NCBI GenBank assembly: GCA_035702645.1
Contig: DASSQE010000044.1
Location: 9,620-73,619, forward strand
Source: Gaiellaceae bacterium
GTDB taxonomy: Bacteria > Actinomycetota > Thermoleophilia > Gaiellales > Gaiellaceae
DNA: 64,000 nt
Direction: 5' to 3'
The notes below the pieces were generated by a model. That model made no database searches. It was not told where the DNA came from and saw nothing but the letters and a program-made list of their open reading frames with translations. The translations under genes were made by a program, and so were the position numbers. Below, in pieces: positions 44,196-52,425 of the stretch. Within the stretch, counting starts at the first letter, position 1; each line of letters opens with the position of its first letter.

Positions 44196-44645
44196 GTGAG
44201 CGCGCCGATCCCCGTGGCGCCGTTCGGGCAGGACGAGATCGAGGCGATCCTGCCGCATCGGCCGCCGTTCCTCCTCCTCGACGAGGTCGTCGAGCTCGAG
44301 CCCGGGCTCCGTGTCGTCGCGAAGCGGGACGTGCGCGCCGACGACTGGTGGTTTCCCGGGCACTTCCCGGACCGTGCGGTCATGCCGGGGGTGCTCATCG
44401 TCGAGGCGATGGCCCAGGCGGGGGCAGTCGCGGTGCTGGTCGAGGAGGAGAACCGCGGCAAGCTCGCGTTCTTCGCGGGCATCGACGACTGCCGCTTCAA
44501 GCGCGTCGTCTCGCCGGGCGAGACGCTCACCCTGAGGTGTGAGATCGACGCCGCCCGCGGGCCGATCGGCCGTGGGAAGGCGACTGCGCACGTCGGGGAC
44601 GAGCTCGCCGCCCGCGGCACGTTGACCTTCGCGGTGGAGCGATGA
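44196..44645 (+). CDS. fabZ: 3-hydroxyacyl-ACP dehydratase
   Basis: LPHRPPFLLLD and FPGHFP...MPGVLIVEAMAQ motifs. Confidence 0.93.
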   Translation: MSAPIPVAPFGQDEIEAILPHRPPFLLLDEVVELEPGLRVVAKRDVRADDWWFPGHFPDRAVMPGVLIVEAMAQAGAVAVLVEEENRGKLAFFAGIDDCRFKRVVSPGETLTLRCEIDAARGPIGRGKATAHVGDELAARGTLTFAVER

Positions 44646-45637
44646 TCGGCTCGGCCAACGGCGTCCGCATCGGGATCACCGGCCTCGGCACGCACGTTCC
44701 GGAGCGGATCGTCACGAATGACGAGCTCGCGGCGATCGTCGACACCTCCGACGAGTGGATTCGGGAGCGCACCGGGATCCGGGAGCGGCGAATCGCCAAA
44801 GAGGAGGAAGCGCTCACGGACATCGCGCTCCCCGCGGCCCGGGCCGCGCTCGAGGACGCCGGCGTCGACCCCCAGGACGTCGACCTCCTCGTCTGCGCCA
44901 CCGTCACCCCGGACATGATGTTTCCGACCTCGTCCGCGCTCCTCGCGGACGCGCTCGGAATGCCCCGAGCCGCGGCGTACGACCTGCTCGCGGGATGCAC
45001 CGGGTTCGTGTACGCGATCGCCCAGGCGTACGCGATGCTCGCGTCGGGTCTCGCCCGTCGCGCGCTCGTCGTGGGCGGCGACGTGCTTTCGAAGATCCTC
45101 GACTGGGAAGACCGCTCGACGCTCGTCCTGTTCGGCGACGGAGCCGGCGCGGTCGTGCTGGAGCCGGTCGACCACGGTGGCTTCCTCGGGTTCGAGCTCG
45201 GCGCGGACGGCGGCGGCGGCGAGAACCTCTGGTATCCCGGGTCCGGCTCCCGCAAGTTCGACAACCCTTCGAGCTACGTGAAGATGAACGGGCGCGAGGT
45301 GTTCAAGTTCGCGACGCGGATCATGGTCTACTCCGCGGAGCAGATCCTCGCCGAATGCGGCAAGAGCGTCGAGGACGTCGACGTGTACGTCCCGCACCAG
45401 GCGAACAAGCGGATCATCGACTACGCGCTCGGTAAGCTCCGAATCCCCCCGGAGAGGACAGTCGTCAACGTGGACCGATACGGAAACACCTCGTCTGGCT
45501 CGATCCCGCTCGCGCTCACCGATGCGCGGGCCGAGGGACGCTTGCGCGACGGCGCGCTCGTGCTCATGACCGGCATGGGAGCCGGGCTCACGTGGGGCTC
45601 GGCGCTCATCGAATGGACGAACGGGAGATCCACATGA
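44642..45637 (+). CDS. fabH: Beta-ketoacyl-ACP synthase III
   Basis: TSDEWI..RTGI, active-site AGCTGF, HQAN and GNTS motifs. Confidence 0.93.
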   Translation: MIGSANGVRIGITGLGTHVPERIVTNDELAAIVDTSDEWIRERTGIRERRIAKEEEALTDIALPAARAALEDAGVDPQDVDLLVCATVTPDMMFPTSSALLADALGMPRAAAYDLLAGCTGFVYAIAQAYAMLASGLARRALVVGGDVLSKILDWEDRSTLVLFGDGAGAVVLEPVDHGGFLGFELGADGGGGENLWYPGSGSRKFDNPSSYVKMNGREVFKFATRIMVYSAEQILAECGKSVEDVDVYVPHQANKRIIDYALGKLRIPPERTVVNVDRYGNTSSGSIPLALTDARAEGRLRDGALVLMTGMGAGLTWGSALIEWTNGRST

Positions 45638-46557
45638 CCAAGGTCGCTTTCTGTTTCCCCGGGCAGGGGTCGCTCGAGGCGGGGATGGGCAAGGAGATCG
45701 CCCGGGCGTTCTCGTCGGCGCGAGAGGTCTACCGCGTGGGATCCGAGGCGTCGGGGCTCGATCTCGAGCGCCTCTGCTTCGACTCGCCCCTCGAGGAGCT
45801 CGTCGACACGGAAGTGCAGCAGCCGGCCCTCGTTGCCACCAGCCTCGCGATCCTCGCGGCGCTGCGAGAGCGCGGGCTCGAGCCCGATGTCGTGGTCGGG
45901 CACTCGGTGGGCGAGTTCGCCGCGCTCGCTGCTGCGGGCGCGATCGGCACCGGCGAGGCGATCGGCCTCGTCCGTGAGCGCGGGCTCGCGATGGCAGAGG
46001 CGGCCCGGCAGCGGCCCGGGACGATGGCTGCGATCCTCGGCCTCGCCGACGAGGAGGTCGAGAAGCTCTGCCGCAAGATCGTCGGCGTGTGGCCGGCGAA
46101 CTACAACTGCCCCGGTCAGATCGTGATCTCCGGCGAGCACGAGGCCGTCGAGGAGTGCTGCGCCGAGGCGGAAAGCCTCGGCGCTCGACGAGCCGTGCGG
46201 CTCAAGGTCTCGGGCGCGTTCCACAGCCCTCTCGTCGCCCGGGCGGCGGACCGGCTGAGGCCCGCGGTCGAGCGTGTTCGCTTCGGAGAGCCTCTCTCGC
46301 CGTTCATGTCGACCGTCACCGCCAAGATCGAGCCCGCGAAGGAGCTCGCCACGCTGCTCGTCGACCAGCTCACCGCGCCGGTTCGGTTCACGCAGGCTGC
46401 GACCGAGCTGATCCGGAGCGGCGCGACGACGTTCGTCGAGGTCGGCCCGGGCAGTGTGCTCTCGGGTCTCGTCAAGCGGATCGACCGCGGCGTGAAGACG
46501 ATCTCGGTCAATACCGTCGAGAGCCTGGAGCGCGCCCAGGAGGCGCTCACGCGGTGA
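45634..46557 (+). CDS. fabD: Malonyl-CoA:ACP transacylase
   Basis: FPGQGS and GHSVGEF motifs. The ATG at 45634 overlaps the fabH stop (ATGA). Confidence 0.92.
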   Translation: MTKVAFCFPGQGSLEAGMGKEIARAFSSAREVYRVGSEASGLDLERLCFDSPLEELVDTEVQQPALVATSLAILAALRERGLEPDVVVGHSVGEFAALAAAGAIGTGEAIGLVRERGLAMAEAARQRPGTMAAILGLADEEVEKLCRKIVGVWPANYNCPGQIVISGEHEAVEECCAEAESLGARRAVRLKVSGAFHSPLVARAADRLRPAVERVRFGEPLSPFMSTVTAKIEPAKELATLLVDQLTAPVRFTQAATELIRSGATTFVEVGPGSVLSGLVKRIDRGVKTISVNTVESLERAQEALTR

Positions 46558-47288
46558 GCTCCGCCGCCTTCGGCTCCCTCGAAGGGAAGACGGCACTCGT
46601 CACCGGAGCATCACGCGGCATCGGCCGGGCGATCGCCGTCGAGCTCGCGTCGGCCGGCGCTTCCGTCGTCTTCTCCTACAACACGGGCGCCGAGGAGGCG
46701 AACGCGCTCGTGGACGAGATCGGCGGCCGCGCGGTCCAGGCGGACGTGTCCGACGCGGCCTCGGCGCAGGCGCTCGTCGAGGGAGCCGGGGACGTCGACG
46801 TCCTCGTCAACAACGCTGGCGTGACACGCGACGGCCTCCTCGTGCGCATGTCCGACGAAGACTGGGAGACCGTGATCGACACGAATCTCGCGTCGTGCTT
46901 CTACACCTGCCGCGCAGCGGTACGCGGGATGATGAAGCGGCGGGCAGGGGCAATCGTGAACGTGTCGTCCATCGTCGGCATCCACGGGAACTGGGGCCAG
47001 ACGAACTACGCGGCGTCCAAGGCCGGGATCATCGGCTTCACGAAGGCGCTCGCCCGCGAGCTCGGGAGCCGGAGCATCCGGGCCAACGTCGTCGTGCCCG
47101 GGTACGTCAAGTCACGGCTCACGGACGTGCTCCCCGAGGATGCGACGGCCGCGATGCTCGAGAACACACCGCTCGGCCGGCTGGGGGATCCGGAGGACGT
47201 CGCGGGAGCGGTACGGTTTCTGTGTTCCGACGAGGCGTCGTTCGTGACGGGCGCGGTGCTCCTCGTCGACGGCGGGCTTGGGATGTAG
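46554..47288 (+). CDS. fabG: 3-oxoacyl-ACP reductase
   Basis: TGASRGIG, NNAG and YAASKAG SDR motifs. The GTG at 46554 overlaps the fabD stop. The tracked ORF from 46089 is off-frame fabD. Confidence 0.9.
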   Translation: MSSAAFGSLEGKTALVTGASRGIGRAIAVELASAGASVVFSYNTGAEEANALVDEIGGRAVQADVSDAASAQALVEGAGDVDVLVNNAGVTRDGLLVRMSDEDWETVIDTNLASCFYTCRAAVRGMMKRRAGAIVNVSSIVGIHGNWGQTNYAASKAGIIGFTKALARELGSRSIRANVVVPGYVKSRLTDVLPEDATAAMLENTPLGRLGDPEDVAGAVRFLCSDEASFVTGAVLLVDGGLGM

Positions 47289-47290
47289 AC

Positions 47291-48562
47291 GTGAGCGAGG
47301 CGACATTCAACGGCAGGCGGCGCGTCGTGATCACAGGCGTCGGGATGGTTACCCCGCTCGGCAACGACGTCGAGACGACGTGGGAGAACCTGGTCGCAGG
47401 GGAGTCGGGCGCAGGACCGATCACCCAGTTCGACACGACCGGCTACCCCGTGCGGTTCGCCTGCGAGCTGAAGGACTTCGACCCCACGACCTGGATCGAG
47501 CGCAAGCAGGCGCGGCGCATGGACCGGTTCTCGCAGATGGCGCTCTCGGCCGCGCGGATGGCCGAGCGGGACAGTGGGATCGAGATCGCCGACGAGTCCG
47601 ACCGGGTGGGGGCGGCGGTCGCGACGGGGATCGGCGGCCTCGGCGCCTTCGAGGACTGCTTCCAGGGCTTGCTCGAGCGCGGTCCCGACCGGACGAGCCC
47701 GTTCTCGATCATCCAGATCATCCCGAACATGGCCGCGGCCTGGGTGTCGATGGAGCTCGGGACGCAAGGGCCCCTCGCGACCGAGACGACGGCGTGCGCC
47801 GCGTCGAACATGGCGATCGGAGACGGGCTCGACGCGATTCGCCTCGACCGCGCCGACGTGATGCTGTGCGGCGGGACCGAGGCGCCCGTGACACGGGTCG
47901 GAATCGCGGGCTTCAGTGCGATGCGAGCGCTCTCGCAGCGCAACGACGACCCGAAACGCGGCTCGCGGCCCTTCGACGCAGATCGCGACGGCTTCGTCAT
48001 GGGGGAGGCGGGAGCGATGCTCGTGCTCGAAGAGCTCGAGCATGCGCGCGCACGCGGTGCGAAGATCTACGCGGAGGTGCTCGGCTACGGCACCTCGTCG
48101 GACGCGGCGCACGTCACCGAGCCGGACCCGTCGGGGGCGAATCCTGCCCGCGCGATGCGGATGGCGCTCGCGGACGCCGGGGTCGAAGCGGAGGCCGTCG
48201 GCTACGTGAACGCGCACGGGACCTCGACGCCTCTCGGTGACCCAGCGGAGACCCGCGTGTTGAAGATCGCCCTCGGCGACGAGCATGCGGCCCGCACGCC
48301 CGTCTCCTCGACCAAGGGGGCGACCGGGCACTGTCTCGGGGCTGCTGGCGCCGTCGAGGCGATCTTTTGCGTCCTCGCGCTCGAACACGGAACGTTGCCG
48401 CCGACGATCAACTACGAGACACGCGATCCCGCGTGCGACCTCGACTACATCCCGAACGAGGCGCGGCCGCAGCAGGTCGAGGTTGCGGTGTCGAACTCGT
48501 TCGGCTTCGGCGGCCACAACGCGTGCGTGGTCTTTCGCCGCTGGAACGGGGGACTGTCCTAG
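47291..48562 (+). CDS. fabF: Beta-ketoacyl-ACP synthase II
   Basis: RRVVITGVGMVTPLG, active-site Cys (TACAAS), HGTST and NSFGFGGHN. GTG at 47291, 2 nt after the fabG stop. Confidence 0.92.
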   Translation: MSEATFNGRRRVVITGVGMVTPLGNDVETTWENLVAGESGAGPITQFDTTGYPVRFACELKDFDPTTWIERKQARRMDRFSQMALSAARMAERDSGIEIADESDRVGAAVATGIGGLGAFEDCFQGLLERGPDRTSPFSIIQIIPNMAAAWVSMELGTQGPLATETTACAASNMAIGDGLDAIRLDRADVMLCGGTEAPVTRVGIAGFSAMRALSQRNDDPKRGSRPFDADRDGFVMGEAGAMLVLEELEHARARGAKIYAEVLGYGTSSDAAHVTEPDPSGANPARAMRMALADAGVEAEAVGYVNAHGTSTPLGDPAETRVLKIALGDEHAARTPVSSTKGATGHCLGAAGAVEAIFCVLALEHGTLPPTINYETRDPACDLDYIPNEARPQQVEVAVSNSFGFGGHNACVVFRRWNGGLS

Positions 48563-49032
48563 AGCCTGAGCTCGAGCAGCAGCGTGTCGCGCCAGACGCC
48601 GCCCAGCTGGGCGATGCGCTCCCGGCGTCCCACGACCCGGAAGCCGAGGCGCTCGTGGAGCGCGATGCTCGCCTCGTTCTCCGGAAACATTCCGGCCTGG
48701 ATCGTCCAGATGCCGTCGCCTCGTGCGCCCTCGATCAGCGCCTCCATCAACGCCAGCCCGACACCGCGGCCGTGCGCTCGCGTCGCCACGTAGACCGAGC
48801 TCTCCACGACGCCTGCGTAGCACTGCCGCGCCGACGTCGGTGCCAGTGCCGCCCAGCCGACGACAGCCACGTCTTCGGCCACGAGACGGCGTCCGGCGAG
48901 GTGACCCGCGTCGAAGCTCTCCCAGGTCGGCGGGGCGGGCTCGAACGTCGCGTTCCCGCCTGCGATCCCCTCTGCGAAGATCGCCTCGACGGCGAGCCAG
49001 TCGCCCCGCGTGAGCGGTCTGATCAGCGCCAC
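48559..49032 (-). CDS. GNAT-family N-acetyltransferase (phosphinothricin/MnaT-like)
   Basis: 157 aa with a RGRGVG.AL acetyl-CoA loop and a PAT-like N-terminus (IRP....DW.AV..I). Confidence 0.75.
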   Translation of the reverse strand: MALIRPLTRGDWLAVEAIFAEGIAGGNATFEPAPPTWESFDAGHLAGRRLVAEDVAVVGWAALAPTSARQCYAGVVESSVYVATRAHGRGVGLALMEALIEGARGDGIWTIQAGMFPENEASIALHERLGFRVVGRRERIAQLGGVWRDTLLLELRL

Positions 49033-49051
49033 TGCCAGAGACTAGGCTGAC

Positions 49052-49717
49052 GTGATGAGCGAGCGCTGGGCGACGTTCGACTGCTACGGAACGCTCGTCG
49101 ACTGGAACGACGGGATCGGCGCCGAGCTCGAGAGCCTCTTCGGCGTCGAGGACCGCGACAGGCTGCTCGACCGCTACCACGAGCTCGAGCGAGAGATTCA
49201 GGCAGACAGGCCCGACGTCTCGTACCGGGAAGTCCTCACCCTGGCGCTCGAGCGGCTCGCGCAGGAGGAGGAAATCGCTCTCCCCGAGGGTGAGGCGAGC
49301 GCACTCGCGCGCTCGCTGCCCAACTGGCCCGTCTTCCCGGACGCCCGCCCGGGCCTCGAGGAGGCGAGGAGTCGTGGGTGGAAGCTTGCGATCCTCTCGA
49401 ACACCGACCGCGACCTGATCGACGCCTCGATGTCCTCGATCGGTGTGCCGTTCGAGCTCGCGGTCGTCGCGGGCGAGATCGGCTCGTACAAGCCGGCGCA
49501 CCGGCACTGGGAGGTCTTCCGCGAAACGACCGGCGCCGATCCCGATCGACACGTCCACGTCGCGCAGAGCGTGTACCACGACATCGCCCCGACGACGGAG
49601 CTCGGTATCCGCTCGATCTGGATCAATCGGAGAGGGGAGCCGGACGATCCCCGTCCGGCCGCGACGCTGACGGATCTCGCGAGCCTCGCCGACGCGCTCG
49701 ACGAGATCGTCGCGTGA
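49052..49717 (+). CDS. HAD-superfamily hydrolase (haloacid dehalogenase type II-like)
   Basis: Motif I FDCYGTLVD, SNTD, and KP...W motifs. Confidence 0.75.
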   Translation: MMSERWATFDCYGTLVDWNDGIGAELESLFGVEDRDRLLDRYHELEREIQADRPDVSYREVLTLALERLAQEEEIALPEGEASALARSLPNWPVFPDARPGLEEARSRGWKLAILSNTDRDLIDASMSSIGVPFELAVVAGEIGSYKPAHRHWEVFRETTGADPDRHVHVAQSVYHDIAPTTELGIRSIWINRRGEPDDPRPAATLTDLASLADALDEIVA

Positions 49718-50481
49718 GCTCGCTCCGCGCGCGCTGCCCGGACTGCCGGACGTTCACCGCCGTCGCTCTGGGCTCCGGGTACGAGTGTCACCGGTGCGGG
49801 AGGTCGTTCGCCGCTGGGCTGATTCGCGTCCCGCGCGCGTGGGGCAGCGGCGGCGATGCGATGGCCGAGGCCGCGTCGCTCGAGCTCCCGTATCCGGAGA
49901 CGGGAGTCATTGCCGAGGGGAGCCTCGACGGCCAGACCGCGAAGCTCGCCGCCTCGCTTCCGGAGCGACCGCTCGTCCTCGGCGGGTGCTGTTGTGCGCA
50001 CGTCGGCGCCGTCACCGGGCTGGCTGCCCGTGGAGGACGGTTGGCGGTGATCTGGCTCGATGCGCACGGAGACCTCAACACGCCCGAGAGCTCGCCCTCG
50101 GGGAACCTCTGGGGAATGCCGCTGCGGATGCTGCTCGACGGCGACGTCGTCGAGCCGGCCGACGTCGCGCTCGTCGGTGCGCGGAGCCTCGATCCCGGCG
50201 AGGTCGACTACCTGGCTGGATCGGGCATCGACGACTCCCTCGAGCGGGCGCTGGCTGACGTGGATGCCGTGTACGTCGCTCTCGACGTCGACGTCCTCGC
50301 GCCCGATCAAGCCGCGTGCTTCGTGCCGGAGCCGGGCGGGCCGTCGGTCGCCGAGGTCGAGACGACGCTGAAGGAGGTCGTGTCGCTCGCTCCTCTGGCG
50401 GGGATCGGTCTCACGGGCCTGGTCCCGGATGCCGGCAACGGCCCGGTCGTGACGCGGCTCCTCGCCGCCGTGGGCCTCTGA
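49714..50481 (+). CDS. Atypical arginase-fold (ureohydrolase family) protein with N-terminal CxxC-N14-CxxC zinc ribbon
   Basis: The GTG at 49714 overlaps the HAD stop (GTGA). N-terminus is CPDC...CHRC. The ureohydrolase motifs WLDAHGDLNTPESSPSGN and ALDVDVL are present, but the GGDHS motif reads GGCCCAH. 255 aa. Confidence 0.7.
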   Translation: MSSLRARCPDCRTFTAVALGSGYECHRCGRSFAAGLIRVPRAWGSGGDAMAEAASLELPYPETGVIAEGSLDGQTAKLAASLPERPLVLGGCCCAHVGAVTGLAARGGRLAVIWLDAHGDLNTPESSPSGNLWGMPLRMLLDGDVVEPADVALVGARSLDPGEVDYLAGSGIDDSLERALADVDAVYVALDVDVLAPDQAACFVPEPGGPSVAEVETTLKEVVSLAPLAGIGLTGLVPDAGNGPVVTRLLAAVGL

Positions 50482-50504
50482 AGCAGGGCCTCTAAGATCC
50501 AGCC

Positions 50505-51356
50505 ATGTCTTCCGGGCAGGGTCGTGTCGACGTCGAGGTCGAGAGCAAGCAGGCGGCGGAATCCTCGGCGAACGACTCTCATCCGAACACGTGCCCAGGG
50601 TGCGGCTCGCACTACCGCGACGACGAGCTGACGGCCACGTTGCGCGTCTGCCCACAGTGTGGGCACCACTTCCCGGTCCGGGCGCGCGAGCGGATCGAGC
50701 AGGTAACGGATCCAGGCTCGTTCTCGGAGGAGGCCGCCGAGCTGCGCTCGGCGGACGTTCTCGAGTTCTTCGACCTCCGTCCCTACACCGAGCGGCTCGC
50801 CGAGGCGGAGGTCACGACGAGGCTCGGTGACGCGATGGTGATCGGCAGCGCGCAGATCGAGGGCGAGGAGTGCCGGCTCGCGGTCATGGACTTCGCCTTC
50901 ATGGGAGGCTCGATGGGCAGCGTCGTGGGCGAGAAGTTCGGGCTCGCCTGCGACTCCGCCGCGGAGGCGGGGATTCCGCTCCTGTCGATCTCCGCCTCGG
51001 GCGGCGCCCGCATGCAGGAGGGGATCTTGGCGCTCATGCAGCTCCCGAAGACGGTCTGCGCGATCGAGGAGCTTCACGAGGCCGGCGGCTCGCTCGTCTC
51101 CGTCCTCACGCACCCGACGACGGGCGGCGTGCTCGCGAGCTTCGCGAGCCTCGGCGACGTCGTGCTCGCGGAGCCCGGCGCGCTCATGTCCTTCGCCGGC
51201 CCGCGCGTGGTGGCTCAGACCACTCGGGAGAAGCTCCCCGACGACTTCGGCCTCGCCGAGTCGAACTTCCGCTTCGGCCACCTCGACGCCATCGTGCCCC
51301 GCGGGGAGCTCCGCCCGACGCTCGCGAAGCTCCTACGCCTCTTCGGGCCGGCGTAG
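50505..51356 (+). CDS. accD: Acetyl-CoA carboxylase carboxyltransferase beta subunit
   Basis: N-terminal Zn ribbon CPGCGSH...CPQCGHH, then FAFMGGSMG. Confidence 0.92.
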   Translation: MSSGQGRVDVEVESKQAAESSANDSHPNTCPGCGSHYRDDELTATLRVCPQCGHHFPVRARERIEQVTDPGSFSEEAAELRSADVLEFFDLRPYTERLAEAEVTTRLGDAMVIGSAQIEGEECRLAVMDFAFMGGSMGSVVGEKFGLACDSAAEAGIPLLSISASGGARMQEGILALMQLPKTVCAIEELHEAGGSLVSVLTHPTTGGVLASFASLGDVVLAEPGALMSFAGPRVVAQTTREKLPDDFGLAESNFRFGHLDAIVPRGELRPTLAKLLRLFGPA

Positions 51357-52295
51357 GTGGCGAGTGCCGCGGAGATTCGGCTGCGCGAGCGGCTTAGTAA
51401 GCTCGGCGGCATGAAGCTCCTGCGCGGCACCAAGGTCACCGGCGAGCTCGGGCGGCTCCAGGACCAGCTCGACCGGATCCGAGAGGAGCCGACGGCAGAG
51501 GAGATCTGGCGCTCGGTCCAGCTGGCTCGGCACCAGGACCGGCCGTACACGCTCGACTACGTCGAGCGGATCTTCGACGACTTCTTCGAGCTCCACGGCG
51601 ATCGGGGCCGCGCGGACGATCACGCGCTCGTCACCGGCGTCGGGAAGCTCGACGGGCGGACGGTCGTCCTCGCCGGTCACCAGAAGGGGCGGGACCTGAA
51701 GGAACGGACCGTCCGCAACTTCGGAATGGCCTATCCCGAGGGGTACCGGAAGGCGATTCGCGCCATGACGCTCGCCGAGCGTCATGGCTTCCCGCTCGTG
51801 ACGATGATCGACACGCCCGGCGCGTATCCGGGGGTCGCTGCCGAGCAGCACGGACAGGGCGGCGCGATCGCACGCTCGCAGGCGGCGATGGCGCGGCTTT
51901 CGATCCCGACGGTGGCCTGCGTGATCGGCGAGGGCGGATCGGGAGGCGCGGTCGCCATCGCCGTGGCGGACCGCGTGCTGATGCAGGAGAACGCGATCTA
52001 CTCGGTCATCTCCCCGGAAGGCTGCGCGGCGATTCTCTGGCGCGACGCGGGAGAGGCGCGCAAGGCGGCTGCGGCGTTCAAGCCCGATGCCGCGCATTGC
52101 CTCGAGCTGGGAGTCGTCGATGCGGTGGTTCCGGAGCCGGAGGAAGGTGCGCACACGGATCCCGACGAGGCAGCGAGGCTCCTGGAGGAAGCGATTTTCG
52201 CTGCTCTCGCGGAGATCGACTCCCTCGATCCGCACGAGCGGCGGCGCACCCGGCGGGCGAAGTACCGCGCGATGGGCGTTCTCGCCCACGTTTGA
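51357..52295 (+). CDS. accA: Acetyl-CoA carboxylase carboxyltransferase alpha subunit
   Basis: DTPGAYPG, AEQHGQGGAIA and GEGGSGGA motifs. GTG start 1 nt after the accD stop. Confidence 0.92.
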   Translation: MASAAEIRLRERLSKLGGMKLLRGTKVTGELGRLQDQLDRIREEPTAEEIWRSVQLARHQDRPYTLDYVERIFDDFFELHGDRGRADDHALVTGVGKLDGRTVVLAGHQKGRDLKERTVRNFGMAYPEGYRKAIRAMTLAERHGFPLVTMIDTPGAYPGVAAEQHGQGGAIARSQAAMARLSIPTVACVIGEGGSGGAVAIAVADRVLMQENAIYSVISPEGCAAILWRDAGEARKAAAAFKPDAAHCLELGVVDAVVPEPEEGAHTDPDEAARLLEEAIFAALAEIDSLDPHERRRTRRAKYRAMGVLAHV

Positions 52296-52309
52296 CGCCC
52301 GGCACAGCT

Positions 52310-52425
52310 ATCCACAGGTTCCACAGGCTTATCCCCGGTCCCGGAACGTCGTCTGAGCAGGGGAATCTTCGAATCTGCAGCCGGTTGGTAAAGGAAACGT
52401 TGCGATGCTGGCGACAATCCACAGG
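52310..52425 (+). promoter_or_regulatory. DnaA-box-like array in the accA-ligD intergenic region
   Basis: Three directly abutting 9-mers: ATCCACAGG (52310-52318), TTCCACAGG (52319-52327) and CTTATCCCC (52328-52336). A fourth, ATCCACAGG (52417-52425), has its last G as the first base of the ligD GTG. The region is GC-poor. Confidence 0.5.
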
